The position numbers and the translations under genes are program-made. From positions 4,208 through 68,207 of the forward strand of contig CAXIBI010000001.1 in assembly GCA_964022305.1 (NCBI GenBank): a DNA stretch of 64,000 nt. Reading direction: 5' to 3'. The notes below the pieces were generated by a model. The model had not been told where the DNA came from. It saw only the letters and a program-made list of their open reading frames with translations, and did not search any database. Of this stretch, positions 54,875 to 63,772 are shown one piece after another (within the stretch, counting starts at the first letter, position 1; every line of letters starts with the position of its first letter). This DNA comes from an uncultured Hyphomicrobiales bacterium. Lineage in GTDB: Bacteria; Pseudomonadota; Alphaproteobacteria; Rhizobiales; HXMU1428-3.

Positions 54875-55028
54875 GGCTCACGGGCTATTGCTTTTTTAGT
54901 GGCGCTTCAGGTTGCCCACAAGCAACCGCGCTGCGAAGCAGCGGGCCCTCCGTTGGGCGGTGCTAGGCACCGGGCTGCGCTGGTGCTTCGCCATGTCCTG
55001 ACGCCGAAGTGGCGTCACTCCTTCTTCG
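54875..55028 (+). repeat. Modular intergenic repeat, copy G (directly 3' of dksA), with a nested PU
   Basis: Degenerate left box GGCTCACGGGCTATT, PU gcgcttcaggttgcccacaagcaaccgcgc, ggtgc-tag-gcacc, GCCATGTCC, hairpin tgacgcc-gaag-tggcgtca, CTCCTTCTTCG. Confidence 0.85.
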
Positions 55029-55262
55029 TATATAAACTTCCATATATATTTCTACAAGTAACCGTACTTCCGCTTTGCCAAATAGCTCACCCCCTAGGTT
55101 AAACTGAGTTCCTTCACCATATGATCGTTTTTGTTTTAACTGCCAACAAAAGACTAATGTTTTAAAGTGTCATCTTTTAAAAAATATAGGTGACCCACTT
55201 TGTCCATTTTAGTATTACAAAAAGAGTGATCACTTTGCATAAGAAAAAAGAGGGACCTTTTC

Positions 55263-56693
55263 ATGCAAAAGCAATTGATACCTTTGCTCGCGGGGCCTTT
55301 GGTTGCGCTCATCATCTATTTCACTCCTGCGCCAACTGGACTGCCTCCTCTTGCCTGGTTGATGTTGGGCTTGACTTTATGGATGGTGATCTGGTGGATC
55401 AGTGAAGTAGTTCCTATTGCTGCTACTGCTTTATTGCCCATCCCAATGCTTCCCCTCTTAGAGATACTCCCTTTATCAAAAGTTACAGCGTCTTATGGTC
55501 ATAAATTTATCTTTCTTTTTCTTGGCGGCTTTCTAATCGCCGGTGCGATGCAGCGATGGGGGTTGCATAAAAGAACCGCCCTCACTGTCATCACTAAATT
55601 TGGAACAAGCCCTCAGGCTATTATTGCTGGCTTTATGGTGGCCACCGCATTTCTTTCAATGTGGATTTCGAACACAGCCAGTACCATCATGATGTTTGCT
55701 GTTGCTGTGTCTCTCATTGAGTTTTTAGGTGAACAAACAACAGATAAAAAGAACATGCGCCGCTTTGCCATAAGCCTGTTACTTGGCATTGCTTACTCGG
55801 CCTCCATTGGCGGCGTGGGCACTTTAATTGGCACAGCACCTAATGCGTTTATTGCCGGCTATTTATCAGACATACACAAAACCGAAATCAGTTTCTTAAC
55901 CTGGATGCAAATCGGTGTACCTGTCATCATTCTGATGCTGCCATGTGCTTGGCTCTTGCTTACAAAAATCTTGTTTCCTGTGTCTGAACTTAAACTTAAA
56001 AATGCCGATCAGGTTATCTCTGGCGAGCTGCAGAAATTAGGGCCAATGAATTATGGTGAACGTGTTGTGCTCACTGTATTTACAGCAACAGCTTTTTTCT
56101 GGATTTTTGGCAAGCAAATCAGTCAGTTCAGTGGGCTCACCATTACCGACACTGGTGTTGCCATTGCTGCAAGCATCGTTCTTTTTGCCTGGCCGGTTTC
56201 TTTGACTAAGAAAGACTTTATTTTAACAGCCAAAGAACTTCAAAATGTCCCCTGGGGTATTCTTATCTTACTTGGCGGGGGCATTGCTCTTGCGGCTGGC
56301 CTCAAGCAATCTGGTTTAGCTGAATGGATTGGAACAACCGTGAGCACATTTGGTGTTACCCAATGGGGCCTTGTTGCTCTTGGATGCATCATGATTGTTT
56401 ATTTAACAGAGCTCACATCAAACACGGCTTCGACCGCTACCTTTGTTCCTGTGTTTGGTGCTGTGGCTGTTGGCGCAGGGCTTGACCCGGTTCTTTCTAC
56501 CATTCCGATTGCCATCGGTGCCTCAATGGCCTTTATGATGCCTGTCGCAACACCGCCCAATGCCATTGTCTTTGCTTACCCTGATCTCACCATACGTGAC
56601 ATGATCCGAACTGGTTTTTGGTTGAACATCATAGCCGTTCTCGTGTGCTTCTCGGTGATATTTTTACTTGCTGAGCTTGTGCTTGGGAAATGA
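55263..56693 (+). CDS. DASS (SLC13) family sodium-coupled anion symporter
   Basis: Polytopic 476-aa protein with the two SNT hairpin-tip motifs (WISNTASTIMM and ELTSNTASTATFVP). Confidence 0.85.
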   Translation: MQKQLIPLLAGPLVALIIYFTPAPTGLPPLAWLMLGLTLWMVIWWISEVVPIAATALLPIPMLPLLEILPLSKVTASYGHKFIFLFLGGFLIAGAMQRWGLHKRTALTVITKFGTSPQAIIAGFMVATAFLSMWISNTASTIMMFAVAVSLIEFLGEQTTDKKNMRRFAISLLLGIAYSASIGGVGTLIGTAPNAFIAGYLSDIHKTEISFLTWMQIGVPVIILMLPCAWLLLTKILFPVSELKLKNADQVISGELQKLGPMNYGERVVLTVFTATAFFWIFGKQISQFSGLTITDTGVAIAASIVLFAWPVSLTKKDFILTAKELQNVPWGILILLGGGIALAAGLKQSGLAEWIGTTVSTFGVTQWGLVALGCIMIVYLTELTSNTASTATFVPVFGAVAVGAGLDPVLSTIPIAIGASMAFMMPVATPPNAIVFAYPDLTIRDMIRTGFWLNIIAVLVCFSVIFLLAELVLGK

Positions 56694-56774
56694 TTTAATG
56701 AACGAAATGGCGACTATTTCAGTCGTGAAAAAATATTTATCTTGTCATTTCGTGGAACCTACACTACGTTACGG

Positions 56775-56976
56775 GCACTTGGTGTCTTGATCCTGATGGA
56801 TCAGGCTTAATAGGGAACCCGGTGCGCTATTGCTGTTTTTCAGCAAGATTTTTTCAGCAAAACCGGGGCTGTCCTCGCAACTGTAAACGGTTGGCACGCT
56901 CGATTATACCACTGGCTTTTTTTAAGCTGGGAAGGTGAGTAAGTTGCCCATAACCGTAAGCCAGAAAACCTGCCAA
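56775..56976 (+). promoter_or_regulatory. Cobalamin (B12) riboswitch
   Basis: Core AATAGGGAACCCGGTGCG...AACCGGGGCTGTCCTCGCAACTGTAA, then TACCACTGG, GCTGGGAAGG and the B12-box-like AGCCAGAAAACCTGCC. A short hairpin aagggg-cgggcga-cccctt follows, next to an AAAGGAG Shine-Dalgarno. Confidence 0.85.
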
Positions 56977-57030
56977 GCTTTATATTAATTCCATAAGAAG
57001 GGGCGGGCGACCCCTTAAAGGAGTGTACAC

Positions 57031-57150
57031 ATGTCTATGAAGATATTCTCTTACCAAAGCCCGTTTAGATACGGTGATTTTATCACATTTAAGCTGCGAA
57101 AAAGCTTGTTCCTAGCCGGCCTACTCATCAAGACAATCTATAAGCACTAA
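57031..57150 (+). CDS. Possible 39-aa leader or small protein directly controlled by the riboswitch
   Basis: ATG 57031 lies 7 nt after AAAGGAG. Translation: MSMKIFSYQSPFRYGDFITFKLRKSLFLAGLLIKTIYKH. No family recognised, and it could be non-functional. Confidence 0.25.
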   Translation: MSMKIFSYQSPFRYGDFITFKLRKSLFLAGLLIKTIYKH

Positions 57151-57257
57151 TTTTTTATGATTTGTTTAGCGACGCTGGTGTTGGTCTTCCTCCATCGCTT
57201 TTGATCATGAACAACTCAGTGCTTAAAACACAGATCAAAAAATTTCTAGGATAAGTT

Positions 57258-58040
57258 ATGCTACTCAAAGCTTCGCAGCTCGCACTTGGTTATGCTGGTG
57301 TGCCGCTCATTAACTCCATTTCTTTTCAGATTGAACCTGGCGAGGTTCTTGCCGTGGTGGGCCAAAACGGTGCTGGCAAATCAACGCTTGTAAAAACACT
57401 CTTAGATGTCATCCCCCCACTTCATGGAACACTTGAGTGGCCGGAAGGAAAGCCGCAATCGATCGCTTATCTCGGACAGCGGACTGAATTTGATAGACGC
57501 TTTCCTATTCGGGTCCGTGATTTGGCGGCCATGGGTGCTTGGCAGAGGTTAGGCCCCTTTGGATGGCTGAAAGCCGATGATCAAGAGATGGTCGAAGCTG
57601 CCTTGCAACGAACGAACATCGCTGATATTGCTGACGAACCGCTGCATGTTTTATCTGCAGGCCAGTTACAACGTGCTTTATTCTCTCGTGCCATTGTACA
57701 GGATGCCCCTTTAATTTTACTTGATGAGCCTTTTACTGCCATCGACCAAACAACAGAGTCTTATCTTTTAGGGTTGATAGACGATTGGGCTAAACAAGGC
57801 CGCGCCATCATCCTTGTTTTACACGACCTTTCGACTGTCCTTCAACATTGCACAAAGGCACTCCTGCTTGGCAATAACGAGGCGTTATTTGGTTTGCCGC
57901 ACGAAGTTCTCTCACCCTCTAATCTTGTTGAATACGGATATCTCTCTGAAGCTCAAGTTGGCTGGATAGAGACCATGTATACCAAAAGAGAAGTAGCAAA
58001 CCAAAAAGATATGAAATTAGAAGGAGGTGCACATGTTTGA
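57258..58040 (+). CDS. Metal (Mn/Zn/Co-type) ABC transporter ATP-binding protein
   Basis: Walker A GQNGAGKST, signature LSAGQLQRAL, Walker B ILLDEPFTAID. Confidence 0.9.
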   Translation: MLLKASQLALGYAGVPLINSISFQIEPGEVLAVVGQNGAGKSTLVKTLLDVIPPLHGTLEWPEGKPQSIAYLGQRTEFDRRFPIRVRDLAAMGAWQRLGPFGWLKADDQEMVEAALQRTNIADIADEPLHVLSAGQLQRALFSRAIVQDAPLILLDEPFTAIDQTTESYLLGLIDDWAKQGRAIILVLHDLSTVLQHCTKALLLGNNEALFGLPHEVLSPSNLVEYGYLSEAQVGWIETMYTKREVANQKDMKLEGGAHV

Positions 58041-58950
58041 GTGGCTGGACTATGCATTCATGAACCGAGCACTACTGGCGACCTCTATTCTTAGTCTCTC
58101 GGTTGCACCTGTTGGGGCTTTTCTTGTATTACGCCGATTATCTTTGGCAGGTGAAGCCATGGCGCATGCGATTGTGCCCGGTATTGTGATTGCCTTTGTG
58201 GTTGCTGGGTTGTCAGTCTATTCTATGATCGTGGGTGGGTTAATAGCTGGTGTGAGCGTTGCGCTGTTTTCGGTGCTTTTAGCAAACAAGACAATTATCA
58301 GGGAGGATGCGAGCTTGGCCTCGATGTACTTGCTTGCTCTTGCACTTGGTATCTTTATCTTATCCGCTGCTGGCTCAGCCGTGCCTTTAAAGAGTTTTTT
58401 ATTTGGCTCAATTCTTGGTATCGGCGATGACACTTTGATGCTTATTGGGGCAACAGCGATCATCACTCTGATTTCATTTGCCTTTATACTTCGTCCATTG
58501 ATTGTTTCAACAATCGATCCGGTTTTCTATGAAAGCCAATTACGCCGCCCTTGGATCGTTGGGCATTTGTTTATGTTTTTGGTGGTGTTAAATCTCTTAG
58601 GCGCCTTCAAGGCACTTGGTACACTCATGGCCGTTGGCCTTATGATCCTGCCTGCTACGGCCGCGCGATATTGGGTCTCTACCATCACATCTTATCTTAT
58701 TCTTACATTTGCTTTCGCTCTTATGAGTTCATGGGCGGGGCTAATTATCTCGTTTTATGTGCCCAAGGTTCCGTCAGGCCCTGCGATCGTACTCGTGGCA
58801 GGTGGACTATTCATTCTCAGTCTCTTATTCGGTCCGCAGGGGTTCAGGCTGACATCACAAATTCGAGGCTCATCAAAAAGATCTACTGATAAAAATCCAG
58901 AGACTGCAAATGCGGCCCTCATCAACCAGAAAAGGACTAAAGCCTTATGA
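58027..58950 (+). CDS. Metal ABC transporter permease (ABC-3 family)
   Basis: Polytopic. Overlaps the ATPase gene by 14 nt. Similar in layout to ZnuB, the product of 22241-23020. Confidence 0.9.
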   Translation: MHMFEWLDYAFMNRALLATSILSLSVAPVGAFLVLRRLSLAGEAMAHAIVPGIVIAFVVAGLSVYSMIVGGLIAGVSVALFSVLLANKTIIREDASLASMYLLALALGIFILSAAGSAVPLKSFLFGSILGIGDDTLMLIGATAIITLISFAFILRPLIVSTIDPVFYESQLRRPWIVGHLFMFLVVLNLLGAFKALGTLMAVGLMILPATAARYWVSTITSYLILTFAFALMSSWAGLIISFYVPKVPSGPAIVLVAGGLFILSLLFGPQGFRLTSQIRGSSKRSTDKNPETANAALINQKRTKAL

Positions 58951-59831
58951 AACGTCTCCTCTCCTATTTGGCAGTTTACGCCCTATCACTTGCCCTCTTT
59001 TTAGCACCAGCACATGCTGAAAAGTTAAAAGTTGTTGCTAGCTTCTCGATCCTTGGCGATATGGTACAGCAGGTGACAGGTGACTTAGCTGATGTCACAA
59101 CGATCGTTGGCCCTGATGCTGATGCCCATGTTTACACGCCTAATGTCGATGATGCTCGTGCGGTCACAAATGCCAACGTCATTTTCGTGAATGGCCTTGG
59201 GTTTGAGACCTGGTCTAAAACACTGATTGAAACATCTGGCACAAAAGCTAAAGTTTTTGTTGCCACACAAGGCATCACATCGCTTAAGGTCGATGGGGAA
59301 ATCGACCCACATGCTTGGAATGCGCTGACAAATGGCGTTATTTATGTGCGCAATATCGCCAAGGCTATGGCTGAGGCTGACCCCAAAAATGCGAAAGCCT
59401 ATGAAGCCAATGCTTCAGCCTATATCGCTAAACTAGAAAAGCTGCATAAGCGCACCGTCGCGGAATTAAATGCACTTCCTAAAGATAACCGGACTGTGGT
59501 GACTGCGCATGATGCATTTGGCTATCTTGCAAATGCCTACAAACTAAAATTCTTAGCGCCTCAGGGTATCGATACAGAAGCTGAACCATCAGCTAAAGAA
59601 CTTGCTAAGTTAATCGATCAACTTAAGCGTGAGAAAGTTGCTGCGCTTTTTGTTGAGAACATTACAAGCCCTGCACTTGTTGAACAAATTTCAAAAGAAA
59701 CTGGTCTTAAAATTGGTGGTCGCCTCTTCTCTGACGCGCTTTCAGTGAAGGGCGGACCGGCGACGAGTTACCTAGCTATGTTCGAACATAATCTGGGTGT
59801 GATCTTGAAAGCTCTCACAGTTCATAGCTAA
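58947..59831 (+). CDS. TroA/ZnuA-type (cluster 9) periplasmic metal-binding protein
   Basis: Signal peptide. VVASFSILGDMV, GPDADAHVY, DPHAW and TAHDAFGY are metal-ligand motifs. There is no His-rich ZnuA loop. Confidence 0.9.
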   Translation: MKRLLSYLAVYALSLALFLAPAHAEKLKVVASFSILGDMVQQVTGDLADVTTIVGPDADAHVYTPNVDDARAVTNANVIFVNGLGFETWSKTLIETSGTKAKVFVATQGITSLKVDGEIDPHAWNALTNGVIYVRNIAKAMAEADPKNAKAYEANASAYIAKLEKLHKRTVAELNALPKDNRTVVTAHDAFGYLANAYKLKFLAPQGIDTEAEPSAKELAKLIDQLKREKVAALFVENITSPALVEQISKETGLKIGGRLFSDALSVKGGPATSYLAMFEHNLGVILKALTVHS

Positions 59832-59858
59832 TTTCTTATTAAATTTTGCACCCTCAAT

Positions 59859-59906
59859 TGCCTGCAAAAAGCTTTTCTTTTGAGAAAATATAGCTTTTTG
59901 CAGGCA
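59859..59906. terminator. Long hairpin between the convergent SBP and aqpZ genes
   Basis: 15-bp stem tgcctgcaaaaagct / agctttttgcaggca with an ~18-nt loop. Confidence 0.5.
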
Positions 59907-59931
59907 GTTATGAATTTACGGCCTAACAACT

Positions 59932-60624
59932 TTACCCGTCTTGAGGATCACTAAGGTAGCGGTAAATCATTGCGCCGATAATAGCGCCAATGACCGGAGC
60001 AACCCAGAATAGCCAAAGTTGACTAATCGCCCAATCACCAGCAAATAAAGCAACGCCGGTACTTCTTGCAGGATTAACTGAGGTGTTGGTAACTGGTATG
60101 CTGATCAGGTGGATTAATGTTAAACATAAACCAATCGCAATTGGTGCCATTGCAGCAGGTGCTTTTTTATCTGTCGCACCCATAATCACAAAAAGAAAGA
60201 AAGCTGTCATCACAATCTCTGTGATCAAAGCTGCTAACAGTGAATAGCCTCCTGGTGAATGAGCACCGTATCCATTCGATGCAAAACCAGCTCCTGCATC
60301 AAAACCAACCTTACCGCTTGCAATTAAATACAACGTGGCAGCTCCTAAAATAGCTCCCAGAACTTGAGCGCCGATATAAGGAAATAACTGACCACTTTCA
60401 AAACGACCGCCTGCCCAAAGGCCAATAGAAACAGCTGGATTTAAATGACATCCTGAAATATGACCAATAGCATATGCCATTGTCATGACGGTTAAACCAA
60501 AGGCAAGTGAAACCCCCAAAAGGCCAATCCCTACATCTGGAAATGCAGCAGCTAATACCGCACTGCCACAGCCTCCAAGAACCAGCCAAAAAGTACCTAT
60601 CATCTCAGCAATATATTTTTTCAT
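59932..60624 (-). CDS. aqpZ: Aquaporin Z
   Basis: Two NPA boxes (HLNPAVS, VNPARS) and a 6-TM MIP layout. Confidence 0.95.
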   Translation of the reverse strand: MKKYIAEMIGTFWLVLGGCGSAVLAAAFPDVGIGLLGVSLAFGLTVMTMAYAIGHISGCHLNPAVSIGLWAGGRFESGQLFPYIGAQVLGAILGAATLYLIASGKVGFDAGAGFASNGYGAHSPGGYSLLAALITEIVMTAFFLFVIMGATDKKAPAAMAPIAIGLCLTLIHLISIPVTNTSVNPARSTGVALFAGDWAISQLWLFWVAPVIGAIIGAMIYRYLSDPQDG

Positions 60625-60749
60625 TATATCTTCTCCATGTTTTTAGATACCAGGATTGATAATGCCTTGTATCCCCTCTCCAGTGAGAAATACCTCTCCT
60701 ATGCATTCGCAATTATTGGTTTCTCAGATCTAATCACCAATAGCTTTGT

Positions 60750-60932
60750 TTAATATTGAGGGTCAACACCCGTTGGTACTTTCCATTTTTCGTTGCTGAT
60801 CGTTTTATTTGTGTCTTGTTTAGCATTTTCTTTTTCAGCCTGATCATCTTTGCCTAAACAAGCAGTTAGACTTAAGATCAACGCAAACAATAAAGAAAGT
60901 ACCGATAAACGTCGGCAATAAAATTTTGTCAT
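60750..60932 (-). CDS. Small lipoprotein
   Basis: Signal peptide with lipobox LSLTAC, 60 aa. Confidence 0.5.
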   Translation of the reverse strand: MTKFYCRRLSVLSLLFALILSLTACLGKDDQAEKENAKQDTNKTISNEKWKVPTGVDPQY

Positions 60933-61231
60933 AGCTCAGCTCCCTAAAAATAAATTTATCAAACTAAGCCAATATCCTAACACTTCAGGCCAAATAAACA
61001 AAAAAGGCCTTTAATGAATGATCTGGATAGAGAACTCTCTAGCTAATTCATCACCGTTTGATCATCAGGCAAGCACCGATACCTTCCAAGTTTTCAGTAT
61101 CGGACTAACGTGTACAAAAGAAATGACGCCGCGTCTTAGTTTGGTTGGTTGCGGGTGAGGCTGAGTATGCATATAATATTACCTTTGTTTCTAATGCTGT
61201 CGTTCGGCAGCCAATAAACCCATGGAATGAT

Positions 61232-62266
61232 ATGGATCCACTAACGCAAGGTGTACTTGGTGCCGCATTACCCCAATCAATATGTACTAAATCGAAAAAC
61301 TGTTCTTCTCAGCGTAAATCCTTGGTTGTTATTGCTGGTTTGTTGGGAATGGTTGGTGGACTAGCTGCTGACCTCGATGTCCTGATTTATTCAAAGACCG
61401 ATCCGCTCCTGTTTCTTACATATCATCGACAATTTACACATTCTCTCATTTTTGTACCGATTGGTGGTCTCATAATAGCGTTGTTCGTGCACGGAATTTT
61501 GGGACGTCGATGGCAACTGCGATTTTGGCAAACCGTCCTTTTTTGTTCCCTTGGCTACGCAACTCATCCATTGTTAGATACAGCGACTTCATACGGAACG
61601 ATGCTGCTTTGGCCAGTTGATGAAACGCGCTTTTCTTGGCGAATAATTTCCATTATAGATCCACTTTTTACATTACCATTAGGTTTCTGTGTTCTGATGG
61701 CTATGGTGCGTAACAATGCAGTATGGGCGCACTTTGGCCTAGCTTGGGCACTGATTTATTTAGGGGCGGGCTGGTGGCAACATCAGAGTGCACGTGAAAT
61801 TGCTCAGGAATTGGCACTGCAACGAGGACATGCTCCACTTAGGCTCGAAGTAAAACCCAGTTTTGGAAACATCCTTGTTTGGAAAAGCGTTTATGAAACT
61901 AAGGATGAGTTTTTTATTGATGCCATGCGCGTTGGTATCGCGCCAAGAATATATGAAGGGACATCCATATCAAAGTTAAACGTTGATGAGGATTTTCCCT
62001 GGCTAGAAAATGATACTCAACAGGCAAAAGACGTCACACGATTTACTCATTTTAGTGATGGCTTTGCTGCCCTTGATCCGAACAATTCAAATCGCATTAT
62101 TGATGTACGCTATTCCTTTGTTCCAAATGAACTCAGTGCATTATTTTCAATTGAATTGAACCCCGAAGCTGGACCAGATGATCATGTTAGTTATCAAACT
62201 CATCGTGAACAGGCGCGTGAAAAATTTAGTCGGCTTTGGCAAATGCTTATCAAACTTTCGCCTTAA
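61232..62266 (+). CDS. YdjM/DUF457-like membrane-bound metal-dependent hydrolase
   Basis: MDPLTQGVLGAAL start typical of the family, and several TM helices with conserved His/Asp (FTHSLIF, THPLLD). Start at ATG 61232; the track start is 61145. Confidence 0.65.
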   Translation: MDPLTQGVLGAALPQSICTKSKNCSSQRKSLVVIAGLLGMVGGLAADLDVLIYSKTDPLLFLTYHRQFTHSLIFVPIGGLIIALFVHGILGRRWQLRFWQTVLFCSLGYATHPLLDTATSYGTMLLWPVDETRFSWRIISIIDPLFTLPLGFCVLMAMVRNNAVWAHFGLAWALIYLGAGWWQHQSAREIAQELALQRGHAPLRLEVKPSFGNILVWKSVYETKDEFFIDAMRVGIAPRIYEGTSISKLNVDEDFPWLENDTQQAKDVTRFTHFSDGFAALDPNNSNRIIDVRYSFVPNELSALFSIELNPEAGPDDHVSYQTHREQAREKFSRLWQMLIKLSP

Positions 62267-62298
62267 CAATAAGCTCTGCCTTAGAGAAAGCTTAGGTG

Positions 62299-62754
62299 CT
62301 ACTCACCAATTTTATTTATTCCATCGCGAGCTAATTCATCGGCGCGTTCGTTTTCTGGGTGGCCGGCGTGGCCTTTGACCCAGCGCCAGGTGACGTTATG
62401 TTTTCCTTCTGCCTCATCCAAGGCTTGCCAAAGGTCGGCGTTTTTAACAGGCTTTTTCGCAGCTGTTTTCCAGCCATTTTTCTTCCAATTATGGATCCAG
62501 TTAGTGATACCCCCTTTGACGTAATTTGAGTCTGTATACAGAACCACGTCAGAGGGTGTCGCTTTCAAAGCGTTGAGCGCTTCAATTGCTGCCATCAGTT
62601 CCATACGGTTGTTGGTTGTCTCTGCTTCGCCGCCGTTGATTTCCTTGCGGTGCGCGTCTTTAATGAGCACCGCGCCCCAACCACCGGGCCCGGGATTACC
62701 TGAACAGGCTCCATCGGTATAGATGAGAATGGCGTCTTCTTCTTCACTTGGCAT
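62299..62754 (-). CDS. rnhA: Ribonuclease HI
   Basis: [31 protein letters not shown] and [17 protein letters not shown]. Confidence 0.95.
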   Translation of the reverse strand: MPSEEEDAILIYTDGACSGNPGPGGWGAVLIKDAHRKEINGGEAETTNNRMELMAAIEALNALKATPSDVVLYTDSNYVKGGITNWIHNWKKNGWKTAAKKPVKNADLWQALDEAEGKHNVTWRWVKGHAGHPENERADELARDGINKIGE

Positions 62755-62783
62755 GATACTGGTATCTCTATAGTCAGGGATGT

Positions 62784-63749
62784 TTAGGCCGAAAACCCGT
62801 ATGACCCTGGATTGGTAATTGATTGATGGAACTTTAGTTTGCGAACATATTCCATCGGATCTTTTTTGGCCACCAGGGCGCCTTCATTTATCACCAACCA
62901 ATCATTGGTTCTGGTCAATAAAAACCTTAAGGCTGCGGCGCGGGCTATGATTGGCAGTGCCTCCACTTCCTCCGAAGTGATGGGGCGGGTTTTACTATAG
63001 TTCGAGAGAAGCCTACTTGCTTTTGTCACATTATAACTGGCGTCTTTTTCAAAACACCAGGCGTTTAATGTGATCGCGATATCAAGAATTAAAAAGTCGG
63101 TGCAGGCGAAATAAAAATCAATGAGGCCAGAAACTTTATCGTTTAAAAAGAAGACATTGTCTGGAAACAAGTCAGCATGGATGATGCCTTTGGGCAAATC
63201 TGTTGGCCAATTTTGTTTGAGGAACTTCAATTCACCTTCTATCATCTCAACCAGATTTGGATCAATTGAATTAATGTCACCTTCTATGGCTTTATAAAAC
63301 TCTTGCATGCCTTCTATTGAAAAACTGTTGGCTCGCTGCCCCTTATAGTTCAAACCACTTAGGTGAAACTCACCCATGGCTTTGCCAAGCTCTGCACAAT
63401 GGTGCGCCGTTGGCCAACGCACTGACATACCATCTAAAAATGTAAAGAGAGCTGCTGGCCGGCCGGCGCATGTCAGCAAACTATTCCCATCTTTATCACG
63501 TAAGGGGGTAGGGCAGATGATACCGCTCTGAGCTAGATGCTCTATCAGATCGAGAAAAAAGGGCAGGTCATTTTTGTTTACCCGTTTTTCATAAAGGGTA
63601 AGAATGTATCTCCCTTTTTCCGTTTCTAAGAGAAAGTTGGTATTCTCAACCCCTTCTGCGATGCCTTTAAAAGACTTTGGGGCTCCCAGATCGAACGTGC
63701 TTAGAAATGCACTTAATTGTTGATCTGAAACATTTGTATAAACTGCCAT
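62784..63749 (-). CDS. thrB: Homoserine kinase (ThrB type II, APH-fold)
   Basis: [22 protein letters not shown]...[13 protein letters not shown] and [13 protein letters not shown]. Confidence 0.9.
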   Translation of the reverse strand: MAVYTNVSDQQLSAFLSTFDLGAPKSFKGIAEGVENTNFLLETEKGRYILTLYEKRVNKNDLPFFLDLIEHLAQSGIICPTPLRDKDGNSLLTCAGRPAALFTFLDGMSVRWPTAHHCAELGKAMGEFHLSGLNYKGQRANSFSIEGMQEFYKAIEGDINSIDPNLVEMIEGELKFLKQNWPTDLPKGIIHADLFPDNVFFLNDKVSGLIDFYFACTDFLILDIAITLNAWCFEKDASYNVTKASRLLSNYSKTRPITSEEVEALPIIARAAALRFLLTRTNDWLVINEGALVAKKDPMEYVRKLKFHQSITNPGSYGFSA

Positions 63750-63772
63750 TGCTTTGCCTTTAATTCTTCTTT

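Noticed and set aside
5645-55028. Mini-ORF on the minus strand of the repeats (GAAGGAG, hairpin, then ATGGC...)
   Set aside because: Reverse-complemented, the right box looks like a Shine-Dalgarno followed by an ATG. The resulting frames are not conserved, though: a 26-aa peptide in copy B, an immediate stop in copy C, and read-through into antisense dnaJ in copy A. Hairpin covariation fits structural rather than coding constraint.
5645-55028. CRISPR array interpretation of the repeats
   Set aside because: The copies are kilobases apart, about 115-190 nt long, imperfect and each internally palindromic. There are no regularly spaced short direct repeats or spacers, and no cas genes.
54899-55102. 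67-aa + strand ORF downstream of dksA
   Set aside because: It lies within repeat copy G. It is an artefact of the GC-rich repeat being free of stop codons.
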